NCBI RefSeq assembly: GCF_006345805.1
Contig: NC_042997.1
Location: 56,792,001 to 56,856,000 of the forward strand
DNA length: 64,000 nucleotides
Origin: Octopus sinensis
Taxonomy: Eukaryota
Direction of reading: 5' to 3'
This document shows, piece by piece, positions 24,980 through 39,829 of this stretch. The notes under the pieces were generated by a model that was not told the origin of the DNA, made no database searches, and saw only the letters and a program-made list of their open reading frames with translations. The position numbers and the translations under genes are program-made. Numbering within the stretch: position 1 is the stretch's first letter; the number at the start of each line of letters is the position of its first letter.

Positions 24980-25850
24980 CTACCTTCCATTCTGCTTTTT
25001 TAAGGCAGCAATGCTAATGAGTTCACTTTGCACTCATGAAAATTGCCTTGTAATTTGCAAGACTAATGACCTAATGTGGCCCGTATAATTGGGGAAGAAT
25101 AGGAGAGAGAGTGTGATGATTCTTGGCAGAGTGATGAGGGATGTTGGTCTCTGCATTTCTCTTTGGGTTCTTTTCTCACAAGTAATTATTAATTTCCCTC
25201 CATCCAAGCACAGTAGCTAATTCAGTTCAGATTTGGGCATTTTGCAACACCCACCTCAAAACTAAATTCAACCCACTGAACATAGTATCCAGTGTGGCTA
25301 AATTGTAGTCATCTTTCTTTCCAAGCCAGGCTGCTGCATCCTCTGCCGCAACTCTATAGAAATCTCATAGCAGCTCCCTTTATTCTTTAACACTGAAGTC
25401 TCACCCTTCCAGAACCATTTGACTGTTCATTGTGAGTCATCAAATATTGCATGAAAATCCTTGTCCTCAATCTGACTGGGAACATTTATCTCTCCCTGGT
25501 TCATTTTGACAATTCCACAGTTTTAGCTCTTCTGCTGCACTCTCACAGCACATTATACTCCTCCAAACTCTACTACTCTCTCACTGACTAGAATGCCTCC
25601 CTACCTAACAACTACATCCATCTCCATCACTTCATCAGTCCTTTCAATTACCTTGACTATCAACCACATTCCAGATACCATCAACTCCACAAAATTGGTA
25701 CCCTTACAATAAAATTCCCTCCTCTCAGCTGCTGTTATACTGTTCAACTCACACTAGACTTGAAGTCACTAGGCTGGTTGTGCAGCTTGAATTTACCAAG
25801 GCTATTAACCTGCTCTTGTTCCCCACCAAAAATTCCATCACAGATAGGGA
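24980..25850 (-). mobile_element. Decayed LTR-retrotransposon (Ty3/Gypsy-like) protease to RT N-terminal region
   Basis: Broken frame ...CKGTNFVELMVSG...MDVVVR*GGILV...SQIEDKDFHAIFD..VKWFWKG...VLGWREINNY. Confidence 0.55.
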
Positions 25851-26000
25851 ATAAAAGAGCACTTCTACTCTTTAGTGTATCTACACAGTCCAGCTACCCT
25901 TCTGAATATGTAAAAATGTAAGATGTAATAAGATACATAAATACAATGATATTTATACCTGCACCCACATCTGCACGTGCACATACATATGTATATGTAA

Positions 26001-27302
<1,302 letters not shown>

Positions 27303-27574
27303 GTGTGTGTGTGTGGTGTGTGTGTGTGTGTGTGGTGTGTGTGTGTGTGTGTGTGCATGCATGTGTGTGTGTGCGTGCGCACGTGTGAATGTGCGTGCAT
27401 GTAAGAATGTGTGTATTTGTGAATTTGTGTGTGTGTGTGTGTGTGAATTTGTGTGTATGTGTGTGTGTGTGTGAATTTGTGTGTGTGTGTGTGAATTTGT
27501 GTGTGTGTGTGTGTGTGTGTGACTTTTCTCAAGTTTAAAATGTAACATTGGTTTCACACACCTTCCACACCCTC

Positions 27575-27831
27575 AGAGTTGGCACACTTCATGTGGGTAC
27601 ATTGATGAGGAGAGCTGCATAAAGAAGTTCCAAGCTCTAATTGTGGAGGGTACCTGTTGAAGGGGTAGACCCAGGAAGACATGAGACGAAGTGGTGAAAA
27701 AGGATTTTTGGATGCTGGACCTCACTAAGGAAATAACAAGGGACCAGGAGATGTGGTGATTTGCTATAGTTGATTAGTAAAATTGCTGTCTTCCACACAT
27801 ACAGGCTTGTCCTTTCAGGTGCTGGCGTCAC
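27575..27831 (+). mobile_element. RTE 3' fragment interrupted by piggyBac-type MITEs
   Basis: DEESCIKKFQAL.VEGTC*RGRPRKT*DEVV...LTKEITRDQ matches 7453-7722. Confidence 0.8.
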
Positions 27832-28327
27832 TTAACCCTTTCGTTACCAACCTGGCTCGGCTCTGGCTCTGTAGTACAAATGCCTTGTTTTCATAAGTTT
27901 TGAATTAAAATCTTCTGCCAAACCTTAGTCACAATTTATGTTCCTAACACTAGCTGAATGATAACTAAGTTATTTTACTAAATTCTTTGTTATATTTAAA
28001 GTAATTGAAAGAAACACAGAGCATCTCAAAATAAATACAGCGATGAAAGGGTTAAACAGTGTGAATGAATAAGCATTGCATTTGACAGAGTAGTCTGGAT
28101 GCTAAAGGGTTAACCCTTTCGTTACCAACCTGGCTTGGCTCTGGCTCTGTAGTACAAATGCCTTGTTCTCATAAGTTTTGAATTAAAATCTTCCGCCAAG
28201 CCTTAGTCACAATTTATGTTCCTAACACTAGCTGAATGATAACTAAGTTATTTTACTAAATTCTTTGTTATATTTAAAGTAATTGAAAGAAACACAGAGC
28301 CCCTCAAAATAAATACAGTAACGAAAG
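27832..28327. mobile_element. piggyBac-type MITE cluster (copy 1 27832-28055, foreign right end 28056-28113, copy 2 28110-28327)
   Basis: TTAA-CCCTTTCGTTAC...GCGATGAAAGGG-TTAA. The second copy is near-identical but lacks the terminal GGTTAA. Confidence 0.85.
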
Positions 28328-29079
28328 CTGATGCTGTATTAATGCACTTATGACAGTGACATGTAAAAAGCACCCAGCACATCCCATTAAGTGGTTGGTG
28401 TTGGGAAGGGCATCCAGTTGGAGACTGGACAGCTCTCTGCTAGCCAGTTCCATGTCAAACCATCCAACTCATGCTAGCATGGAGACCGGATGTTGAATGA
28501 TGATGATTATTCCAGTTATGGAGCATTGTATCTTAGTCAGAAGCCAGCTCCTTCTTCAGAGGAAGAATTTAAATAATTAAAAACAAAAGAGAACATACGC
28601 ACGCACATATCTACATTCATGTATGTATACATGTATGTGTGTGTATGTATGTATGTATACATGTATGTGTGTGTATGTATGAATGTATGTATGTAATCTT
28701 CCTCTTTTTAATTTAGAATAAATTTTAACTGGCCACCAGCTTGGTAGCAAGGTTGTGGTGGACAACATCTTGTTTTAACCATCATCCTTTAAATCTTAAC
28801 AAGGTCTTGCAGATTTTTATGATCTCAGATATCATGATCATTTGTAGCGTATGAATTAAGGATTTGCATTCTCTCCCCAAGATTCCAATTTCATCCATAC
28901 TTTGCTCCAGACTGATTAGTATGTATGCTCTTGCTCCATAAATAATAGATACTAGATATGCAAACTCCTTATCAATAGTCCAGAGATGTCTTCTTTCCCT
29001 TGCATTTTTCTAACCATATGGGTGTCCAGAGGGCAACGATTTCCACAACTTTGTGCATGCACATTGCTTGTTTTTGATT

Positions 29080-30270
29080 TGTCGACTACACAGTATAGTA
29101 GGGTCAGTTGGGCACCATCTGTGACGAAAACAGTACCAAGACGCAGTTCACTCTGCCAGAAATTTGGAAACAACATGCAATACTACTTGACATTTGTGTG
29201 GGAAGCTCCAATACAAACATTTTAGGATGTTTGGGTGTCAATCTGAGGACAGTGCAGAGGATTCGGAAAGAATTGGATGAGTCTAATGATGATTACAAAG
29301 ATACAGCAGCTCGGAAAACTCACTCTGATTGTTCTGATTGGAAAAGAACTCCGGAATTTGTTGGTGGGATTCAGGCCATGATCAACAATGATCTTTCCAA
29401 GTCAATCAGGTCCACCGCCAAGGACATGCGTGTGTCTGAGTTTCTTATCAGACAGGTAGTGCATGAAGACATTCGGTATTCTTCATACAAGATGAGAAAG
29501 CGCCAATTTTTATCCCAAGCCATCAAGGACAAGAGGAAAGACTGCACTATGAAGCTTTTGAACAAACTCATGCATCCCTTCTGACCAAACATGCTTTGGT
29601 TTTTCTCAGAAGAGAAAAATTTCTGCCAGGATCAGATGGTGAACACACAGAACAACCATTGGCTTGCTCTATCCCCAAAACATGTACCAAGAGTGATGAA
29701 AATTGAACATCCAGTCAATGTTATGCCTCCATTCATCTTCCCACATGGCCTCAGCCTCAACACAGAGGCCTACATCAAGTGCCTTAAGGAGGTAGTGCTG
29801 CCCTGGGTTAAGAGGGTAGCTGCTGGAAGACCCTATATCTGGCAACAGGACTCTACACCATGCCACACATGCAAAGAGAACCGGGTCATGGCTGTCAGAC
29901 AATTACTGCAACCACATCATCCCTAACATCTGGTTACCAAACTCTCAAGACAGCAACCCCTTTGATTATTTTGTGTGGGGCGTAGTTGAGTGAGAGATCA
30001 ACAAAACTCCTTGTAATACCAAAGATGAACTAAAGGCAAGGATTATGGCAGCATTCACCAACTTAAACAAGGAGACCGTTCAGAAGTGTCGCAGGAGATT
30101 TCAAAGTCGTCTGGAGGCGAAGGTTGAAGCCAATGACAATTTTATTAAATAAATTTACTCTTTAGTATTTCAAGATATTTTTATGTAATTTTAGTAAATA
30201 TATCTGTTAAAATGAGATGTCAGTGTTATTTTCATTCTTGCGTAATTTAGATGACAATTTATTCATCGCA

Positions 30271-30272
<2 letters not shown>
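29080..30272 (+). mobile_element. DD37D (maT-type) transposon, near full length but frameshifted
   Basis: HTH-like ORF 29108-29584; DDD ORF 29591-29926 (FFSEEKNF, IWQQDSTPCH), then PFDYFVWG. The right end matches the end of 8059-8910. Confidence 0.9.
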
Positions 30273-30302
<30 letters not shown>

Positions 30303-30514
30303 TGTGTGTGTGCGTGTGTGTATATGTGTGTTTGTATGTATGTATTATCTGCATAAGGATTAGACAGTCACCATGTATGTATGTATGTAGGTAGGTAGGT
30401 AGGTGGGTGGGTAAGTAGGTAGGTGTGTATTTGTGTGCATATATGTTTGTTTTCCTTAAAATTAATGTAAACACACAATATACAAACATAATATACATAC
30501 ATTTATTATTTTGA

Positions 30515-30783
30515 TGTATATGAGTATGTCTAAATATGCAACTATATGCATGAGAATACATACAAAAAACAAAGCATACAAATTTGCACGTATACATATA
30601 TACATACATACAAACAAAAATAAAAATACCCTATTGATGTTGAAATTCCAATGAAGGAGCCTTGGATTTATGTTAGAAACCAGCTTTCTATTGGCAAGAA
30701 ATCTTGAAAGAAAACTGAATAATGACATACATACATACATACATACACATACATACATACATACATACATACATACACATACA

Positions 30784-30817
<34 letters not shown>

Positions 30818-31295
30818 CATACAGTGGATGTTAAGATAAAACAGAAGAGCAGTGCAAAAGAGAATAGCTACACTGAACTCTTGAGAAATCTGCAGTTGCT
30901 CCATCCAGATTACAAGTTCAGGTAATTATTGGGGCCTTGGGATATGTAACACACTGCTTAAATACCAATCTTGAGAAATTAGGCTTCTCAAAACTAGAAA
31001 GGAGAAAGCTAATTTGAAAACTAAAGATCCAATCCATCATGGAACTGTAAAAATCTGTAAAACTTTCCAGAAGTTTATCATTTAAATATATATGAGCATA
31101 TCTAGATATGTAACTATATGCATGAGAATACATACATAAAACAAAACATACATACATACATACATACATACATACATACATACATACCCTGTTGTTAATG
31201 TTGAAATTCCAATAAAGGAGCCTTTGATGTAGGTTAGAAACCGGGTTTTTCTCTATTGGCAAGAAATCTTGAAATAAAACTGAATAATGACGTAC
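30515..31295 (+). mobile_element. RLE-type non-LTR 3' end (30822-31085) between two copies of its putative 3' UTR
   Basis: LLRNLQLLHPDYKF..VIIGALGYV...GTVKICKTF. Diverged direct repeats at about 30515-30730 and 31085-31295. Confidence 0.7.
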
Positions 31296-31829
31296 ATACA
31301 CACATATATACATATGTAACTATGTATGTATATGTATATATAATCTCTATTGGACTATTGAAGCCTGTTTTTATGCAGCAGCTGTCATTCTAAGAGAACA
31401 GGTGGGTGATATTTGCCAAGCATGTATTGAAGTAGCATAAGCAAACCAGGTGCATAAGAAACCAATGAAAACATAAACAATTTGTGCTACAGCATCAGGC
31501 ATTTAAATGTCATGATAACGTGTAAGGTGAATAATAATTCACTGTAAACCATCAACACTTTATGTAAAATAATTAGAATGATTGGAGAAATCACATTTCA
31601 AGAACTTGGGAAATTAATAACCTTAAATAAGAACTGAAGAAACTGAGTGAAAACTCAATTATTGGTGGGGAAAATAATACAATAAGGCAGATTAAGCACA
31701 AGTCTGTTTCTAATCCACAAATTGTATAAGGGAAGATGAAAATGAAACATTTTCATAGAAAGCATCTTTTATAAAAAAGATATTTGTTGTGTTGTTGCTA
31801 CACATAAATAAAGCAGTCAGATTTTTAAG

Positions 31830-32390
31830 TGTTATTTCGCCATCTGGATTATCAAAGGGATATAACTTATAACGGTATGTTTTGCTGCCTAAATGCTGGT
31901 CTGTTCGTTTGTCATACCGAATTAAACCTAATCATTAAGCAGACCCAGACTCGAATTAATATACCCTCAGTTCTGGACCGACGGGGTTATCCAGAAGTGA
32001 TGGAAAGAGACCAGATGGTCTTACCCTCTGTCCCTGGGCTAGAGGTAGGTGCCTCATTTGGGATGTCACAGTCTGCGACTCTTTTTCTCCTTCCCTCATC
32101 CTGGATGCTGCAGTAAACGGGAGGGACACTGCTTCCGTAGCTGAACGAATCAAAACCCTGAAGTATCGGGACCTGACAGTCAATTATCTCTTCTAATATG
32201 TGACGTTTGAGACATTTGGAGGGACTGGGCCACTAACTGTGAAGTTCTTGTCATCGTGGCAGGCTCGCCTCACTGAGGTGTCAGGTGATGCCTATAAGGG
32301 TGCTTAACTTTTCCAACACCTTAGCCTCACTCGGCGTCGCCTGTGGTAATGATGCGAGTGTGCTGGGTTGCTTCAGTAGGCTCCATTGAA
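31830..32390 (+). mobile_element. CRE-like non-LTR retrotransposon, zinc knuckle and restriction-like endonuclease fragment
   Basis: With one frameshift: CCLNAG...HTELNLII...IPSVL(E)PTGLSRSDGKRPDGLTLCPWARGRCLIWDVTVCD...KYRDL...ETFG...FQHLSL...GNDASVLG. Confidence 0.85.
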
Positions 32391-32599
32391 CCTTGTGTTG
32401 TGCGACCAGTTGAAGTGCTTGGTGCTGCATTGTTTTTTTTTCTCTCTCTTTCTTCCCCACAAATGATTTTAATACAGTTTTCACAGAAAGATTTAGAAGA
32501 ATTAGAAGAAAGTTCTCTGGTAATTTTCTTTCATGTAAATAAATGTTAAATGGAAACATCATGTTACATTCCCCTTCTCAAATGAGAAGTTAGAAGTTA

Positions 32600-33300
32600 T
32601 AAATTAGTCAATGTGCTTGGCATCTATGTTTCATATGATGTCCTTAAGTTTTGCTGGGGGCTTTTTTATTCTCACAAAGCAACATGAAAGAACTGGTAGC
32701 TGGTCAGTCTATGCCTGTTGCAATGTGAGCCGGGTACGTTGAGCTGTAGCAACTGGAGCACTGACGTTCCACCACAGGGCTAGTACAGATTGTCTATGAT
32801 CCGTTGAGCTGGTAAAACTGAAGGTTATCCGTTTCTGTGGACTACATTACTGTTGCAGGTGTTGCCGGTTGCATCTGAGCAGTATTCTATCGATGTGTAT
32901 TCTGACGACGTAGTTACCTGGTTCTGTGCATTTGTCTATGTTGCTGATTGTCAAGTTTATTTTCTTGAAGGACAGACACTCTGCTGCCTATTAATTTAGG
33001 AAAGTGTTTTGCATTTCTGTTGTACAATATTGTTCCTTACTTTTGATGTTCATCCGTTCTCAGATTTGGTTCTTTTGAGCTGATAGTGTTCATCATAGTT
33101 GGAAATCTTGTTCTTATTTTTCTCTGTTGGTGATGGTAAATAACTGTCCAGTTGGGTTTGATCTTGGGCATAGAAGAGTCACTTGAGAGTTCATATTCGA
33201 TTGTTTTGCATTTTTATAGTGTTTTTCACTGTTGGACCATTCATAGTACGAAACCATTCTACTGAGTAATGAAAATCTAGTGAATGAACATGATGAGAAA
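32600..33300 (-). mobile_element. Ty3/Gypsy integrase C-terminal fragment, decayed
   Basis: LYNRNAKHFPKLIGSRVSV...TEPGNYVVRI...LLRCNRQHL resembles the PRSYxV...LRRNRRHL tail. Confidence 0.7.
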
Positions 33301-35289
33301 ATTCCAAGATGTAACCATTGTGTCAAATATGCATTTTCTAGATGGAACAGTGTATAAATTATTATTATTATTCTATCTCTCTAAACACATCTTTTACCGC
33401 CTTCACATAAGTATGGGATTGTGTATTTATGATGGAGTGTTCAGTGATATAACTATGTAGTTATAACTATGTACATGGAAATGAGTAGATAAATGTATAA
33501 GTGTCTATGTATAGATGTTAATGTGTTTATTGATATGTAGGTGAGTATATGTATGCGTGTGTGCATCTGAATATATGTACATATATTTTATATATATGCA
33601 TGTATGTGTGTACGTGTCTGCGTGTGAGTGTATGTATGTGTGTGTATGTATGGAAACACTCAGTGATATACGGTATATCAGTGTGTAAGTGATTGTATAA
33701 GTATGAGCTAATGGATGAATGTATTTTGCTTAATGGTACAGATTGGCATGTGCAGAATAACATGTTGAAACTGAAGAAACAGACAACATGCACATTGTAA
33801 TTCATGTCGAATGTGATAAAACACTCATAGTGAGCAAATTGAAACCATCTGTGTTTGTTAATTTCAAAGAAGAAACCATGGATGTTGTAGTATGGAAATC
33901 TAAATTTGCTTACGGAGACAGCAACTGAGTATCCCCTGAGGAGATACATATAGATTTCTTATACAGGAAAATGGTTAAATAATTTAATTTAAACTTAACT
34001 TTAAATCCTGTATATACAAGGATCTATATATATGGAAGGATTTGTAGTGATTAAAAAGCTGCCTAACCGTACTTACTCTTCCTTTTGACTCTTTTACATT
34101 TTACTTTTTACTTTATATATGTGTGTGTGTGTGTGTGTGTGTGATAGGCTTCTGTGCAGTTTCCATTTACCAAATTCACTCCCAGGCCAACCAAAATGAT
34201 TGGTTGGCCTGGGGCTATAGTAGAAAACAATAGGCTTGAACCTGAAACCACATAGTTGAAAAATCAACTTAACTGTACAGTGATGCCTTCCCTTTCGGTG
34301 CACGGGGTGGACTAAAACAAAACCACATGGTTGAGTAGCAAACTTCTTAATCATAGCTCAATGATATACAAAATTGGCTTGCCATAGCACAGATAAATTT
34401 TACAACCAAGAATGAAAATACTGACTTGACAGAGGATAGACTGATTGCATGCTTAAACATTATGCACAAACTTTACATAAACAGTCTCAACTAATTCCTC
34501 CCAGACCATTGTGAATCCAATGATATAATGACTGTTGAACAGTAGGTAAAAAGAAAGCAATGTGGGGCTGTGCAGAACAACTTTTGATTTCTAAAACTAT
34601 TCTGTCAAAAGTAGGAAAACACTACAAAAATCTTGTCCCAGAGAAAGGCATTCAATTCAATGGTTGTCACTGCAATAGGCAAAAGTATTTGTTACTTTAT
34701 TTGCTATTGCTGGAATACTCATAAAAACTTAGTCTAATTTTCACACTTGTTAATGAAAGCCATTATACTATTAAAAGTAATGTAAATCATCATCATCATC
34801 ATCATCGTTTAATGTCCGCTTTCCATGCTGGCATGGATTGGACGATTTGATTGAGGTCTGGCAAACCAGATGGCTGCACCAGACTCCAATCTGATCTGAC
34901 TGAGTTTCTACAACTGGATGCCCTTCCTAACACCAACCACTCTGAGAGTGTAGTGGGTGCTTTTACATGCCACTGGCACGAGGGCTAGTCAAGCAGTACT
35001 GGCAACAGCCACACTCAAATGGTGCTTTTTATGTGCCACCTGCACAGGAGCCAGTCCAGCAGCACTGGCAATGACCTTGCTCGACTGTTTTTTCATGTGC
35101 CACCTGCACAAGTGCCAGTAAGGCGACACAGGTAATGATCATGCTCGAATGATGTTCTCAATAAAAATAGATAATTAAAACATGATGAAATTCAAAGGAA
35201 ATACAACATAAGAAATTTTGTTGTCCACATACACAGGAGAAACCAGTGGGTAAGTTAGGTTAAAGTACTCCACTTCCTATCCATTTGCT

Positions 35290-35540
35290 ATTTCAAGTCC
35301 ACCACCATTACAAATACAGATTCATTTTTTCTCCCCTGTTACAATTTGATACCAAAAACAGACATCTTAAAGATTTACCAACAATTGTTTGCAAATGTTC
35401 ACATGTTATTGAACCTGGTCATGGGTCAGTTCACGAGGAGCTTCTCAACAGTGTCTTTACAAAGCCAAGCATATAGAGGTATCAATTGATGGTACTTTGT
35501 GATGGACTGTTGACACTCTACAAGTGTTTTTGCTTGATTG
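35290..35540 (-). mobile_element. Mariner transposase fragment
   Basis: APRELTHDQ...NICKQLL...QIVTGEKK*I resembles WVPRELT...IVTGDEKWI. Confidence 0.6.
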
Positions 35541-35789
35541 TTGTTCAAGCAAAGTCTTATCTTCTACATGTATGTATGTATTCATGTATTCATACATAAT
35601 ACATACATACAAACACACACATATATGTACACTCATGCACATATTCTTACATACACATGCATACACACAAATCTGCATACATACATACTTAAACAAATAA
35701 ATGCATAAATACCATTTCCCTGCACACATACATACGTTATCAAAGAATGTTATTTACACAAACCTTGTTCTTCTTCTGAAGCCATCTTG

Positions 35790-36515
35790 AAGTGAAGATG
35801 TCTGCAAAATAAACATAACGGTTTCAAATTTTACTACAAGGGTAACAATTTTGGGGGAGAAAGTGAGTCGATTACATCGATCCCAATGTCCAACAGGTAC
35901 TTATTTTATTAACCCTGAAAGGATGAAAAGTAAAGTCAACCTCAGCAGAATTTGAATTCAGAACATAGCAACAAGCAAAATACCTCTAAACATTTCGTCC
36001 AGCTCACTAACAATTCTGTCAGCTCGCCACCTTCTTATATTTAAAAAAAAATTTTTATTGCCCACAAGGGGCTAAACACAAAGGGGACAAACACAGGAAT
36101 TAAGTCGATTACATCAACCCCAGTGCGTAACTGGTACTTAATTTATCAGGCGGTGAGCTGGCAGAAACGTTAGCACGCCGGGCGAAATGCGTAGCCGTAA
36201 TTCGTCTGTCGTTACGTTGTGAGTTCAAATTCTGCTGAGGTCGACTTTGCCTTTCATCCTTTCAGGGTCGATAAATTAAGTACCAGTTACACACTGGGGT
36301 CGATGTAATCGACTTAGTACCTATGTCTGTCTTTGTCCCTTCTATGTTTAGCCCCTTATGGGTAATAAAGAAATAGGTACTTAATTTATCAACCCCGAAA
36401 GGATGAAAAGTAAAGTCAACCTTGGCGGAATTTGAACTCAGAACGTAAAGACGGACGAAATACCGCTACACATTTCGCCTGGCGGGCTAACGTTTCTGCC
36501 TGCTCGCCACCTTCT
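35790..36515. mobile_element. SINE family B cluster: a plus copy (36149-36375) nested in a minus copy (about 36035-36515), next to another minus copy (about 35790-36035)
   Basis: 16-bp TSD GGTACTTAATTTATCA at 36133-36148 and 36376-36391. Confidence 0.9.
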
Positions 36516-37789
36516 GCAAAATAATCATAAATGTTTTTTAATAGTAAAATGCATTGTTTGCTTCTTCTAAAACATAGTAAGGCCTCATAAACCTACAAAC
36601 AAAGCACTCCCTCCAACAAATTCTAAGAAATTATAATGAACAATTTTGAAAACAACAAAATGTATGAATAATTTTAATTTATTTTTTATCTTTTACCTTT
36701 TACAAGTTTCAGTCACTGGGCTGTGGCCATGCTGGGGCACCACCTAAAAAGGGTTTACTTGAACAAATCAACCCCAGTACTAATATGTTTTTAATGCATG
36801 GTACTTATTTTATCAGTCTCCTTTGCCACAAACTGCTAAGTTACAAGGCTGTAAACAAACCAACACCAGCTGTCAAGTGTAAATGGAGGACAAACACTGA
36901 TATAGAACCAAATACACACACACACACACACACACAAACATGCACACACATATACAATGTCTTTGTCGCAGGTTCCATCTACCAAATTTTACTCACACGG
37001 TATTGGTTGACCTGAGGCTGTAGCCGAAGATATTTGTCATAAGTGTCACATAGTGGGACCGAACTGGAAACCATTAGGTTGAAAAACAAGCTTCTTAACC
37101 ACACAGCCATGTCTGTGTTTTTGTTTCTATGTTTTTTCCCCACTCTCAATAAATAATAATGATTTCTCCCATTGGCACAAGATCATAAAGTAGGGTATAT
37201 TTATAAGATCATAATGAAGAATATATCCACTCTATTAACTTAAATTTATAAGACTAGTGTTTATTTTAGCAGTTCTAGAATGAAAAAAGGCAAAATTTAA
37301 TTTTAGCAGGATTTGAATACAGAATGTAGAATAACAAAATATCGCTGATGTGGTCTTCTAAAATGACTGAAACAATATCCTAAAGCTCCAAATATCTGTT
37401 TAATTTGCCACTACATATTGCCAATTAGTTTTAAATAAATATGAATCATGGAGTTGTTTCCCTTAACTCATTCAACATTCATCATAAGGATTTTTAATTA
37501 TAGTTTAATTTTAATTAACTAGTTCTTTTTTTGTTTACTATATTTACTATATTAAATATGTTAGTCTCCATTAGTAAATCCTAAAAGACATTTTACCTTC
37601 TCTTAAAAGAAAATGCATGTCCTGGGTAAGACTTAAAACTGCATCCACTAGGGTCCCTAGTTTGGGAGTTTTAAGGTTTTGAGGAGTGTGCAACCACCTT
37701 TAGTCATTATTGTCCCCAGGTCTAATCTGACATAGAGTAGTAGCACCTATCAGCATCCCAGCCATGAGTTAATTAGCATGTAGTTGCAG

Positions 37790-39820
37790 GGGGTGAAGGC
37801 AGGCTTCTTCTGCACTGTAAAGCAACCTGTCAAGGAGAAGAACACTGATTTAAAACCTATGACCTGAGGACCCTGCTATCACTGTCCGAGCTCGTGAAGC
37901 CATGGCAGATGAAGCCCAGGTGTAAAGGGTGGAAACTGTGCATACTGTACTCCACCTAAAAGCTCTTCTGTGCAGAAGTGTTCACATCCACAAACTCCCC
38001 TTCCCCTTCTCAAGTCCTGTAGTGATGGGAACAAGGCAAAAGCAGCAGGTGGAAAGTGTGACTAGAAGCTGTAGCCCCAATCCTGCAGGCAGGCAATCCA
38101 GCACTATGGTCACTTGATGTTGACCTAGAAATGACAACATCACTTGTCAGCACTCTGGATGACCTAAAGCCCTTTGTAAGGACAACACTACATGTTACAC
38201 ACAAAGAGAACCCTGGAAAAGTTAGCCAATCGAAACTTGTATCCAAGTTGGCAAACTGTGGTTAATGGGCATCTTCTAATGCAGTTAAATAACCACAAAG
38301 GCAAAGAGACGCACACCTACTTCACCAAGCGATACAGTTTCAAGTTGGCATGCTGGGATATCAGAACCATGATAGACAAGACTGACAACAGGAAGCCAGA
38401 ACAACATTCTACTCTTGTTGCACATGAACTCTCCAAACTAAACATTGATATTGCTGCCCTCAGTAAAGTCAGCCTTCAGGAACATTACACAGGCTACAGT
38501 CTCTGCTGGTCCAGCAAGCCACAAGCCAAATGACGTCTCTGTATTGGCATCATGATCAAGAACTCCATTGCCTCCAACATATCATTCTAACCACATCATC
38601 TTTATATTTCTTCCCACCCAAATCAAGCAACATACACTCTCTTTAGTGTGTGCACCCCAACTCTCCAAGCTGACCTTGCAGAAAAGGTTAAGTTCTACAG
38701 TGATTTGCACAGCCTCGTCAAATGCACTCCAGCAGAGGACAAGATCATTATCTTTGGTGACTTCAATAACAGAGTAAGCTGAGATTCAGATGCCTGGTAA
38801 AGAGTTCTTGGCAAGCATGGTGTTGGGAACTGCAATGACAACGAGCAGTTTCTGTTGCATGAAGAAGGAACTAACTATCACCAACACCCTCCTCCAGCAG
38901 AAAGACAGTATGAAGACCACTGGATTCATCCTTGCCCCAAGCATTGGCACCTCATAGATTACATCCTGGTGTTTAAGGGAAACTAGAATGATGTCATTCA
39001 CATCAAAGTGATGCCTAGTGCAGAATGCAACTCAGCTTCTGTTTCAAATCCCAAACCAAAAGAGATGGAGCTCAAAAGTCCCAAATCAGCATCCTAAAGT
39101 CAGCTGAAATGAAAGATAACTTCCTAGTCAATCTTCAGTTAAAGCTCAAAAATCCCAGTTGCCTTTTAGGCTTTTTCCAAGAGGTGCTTTGAAAACAGCT
39201 GCAAACTTTTGAAGTATTGGGCTTCACAAAAAAGAACTAGGAGATCCAGAAAATACTAGCAAAGAAGAGATCTGCCCACCAGGCTCAGTGAACCCTTATT
39301 GTCTTGGGAAGAAAGTAGCCTTCTATCTTGTCTGCAGTAATCTCCAATGCAAACTTTGAAAGAAACAAAATGAGTAGTGGATAAGCCAGGGTTCTACAAA
39401 ACCCCAAAAGCTGAGTATGATCTCTTGCACTAGATCCAGAGTTCATTACACAGTGCAAATGGAAGAACATTTCTCACAGACAAGGCTTCCATCTTGAACT
39501 GGTGGTCAGAGCACTTTCAAACTCTCTTCAGTACCAACAATTCAGCTCAAGACTTGGCAGTGTATCACATCCCACTGCAGCCTTTAAAGTCAGATCTGAA
39601 TGAAATTCCCTTCCTTGCAAAGTCATAGAGCAACTGAAAAGTGGGAAGGCAACAGGAGTGAATAGAATTCCACCTGAAACATGGAAGGCTGGTGGTACAG
39701 CACTGCTCTCTAAACTCCACAAGTTTTGCATTTGCTATTGGGAGCAGGGGAAGTTATTACAGGATTTCTGTAAAGCTGTCATCTTCACCCTGAATAAGAA
39801 CAAGGGAGATAAGTCTGAAT
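37790..39820 (+). mobile_element. RTE-BovB-like LINE 5' half (APE endonuclease to RT N-terminus), decayed
   Basis: LACWDIRTM...AHELSKLNIDIAALS...GYSLCWSSKP; IIIFGDFN; QLKSGKATGVNRIPPETWKAGG. Confidence 0.88.
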
Positions 39821-39829
39821 AATACCCGA

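Noticed and set aside
33720-33950. Plus-strand frame HVETEETDNMHIVIHVECDKTLIV resembling a PIN-like transposon-associated motif
   Set aside because: Short, bounded by stops, and the similarity is too weak to support.
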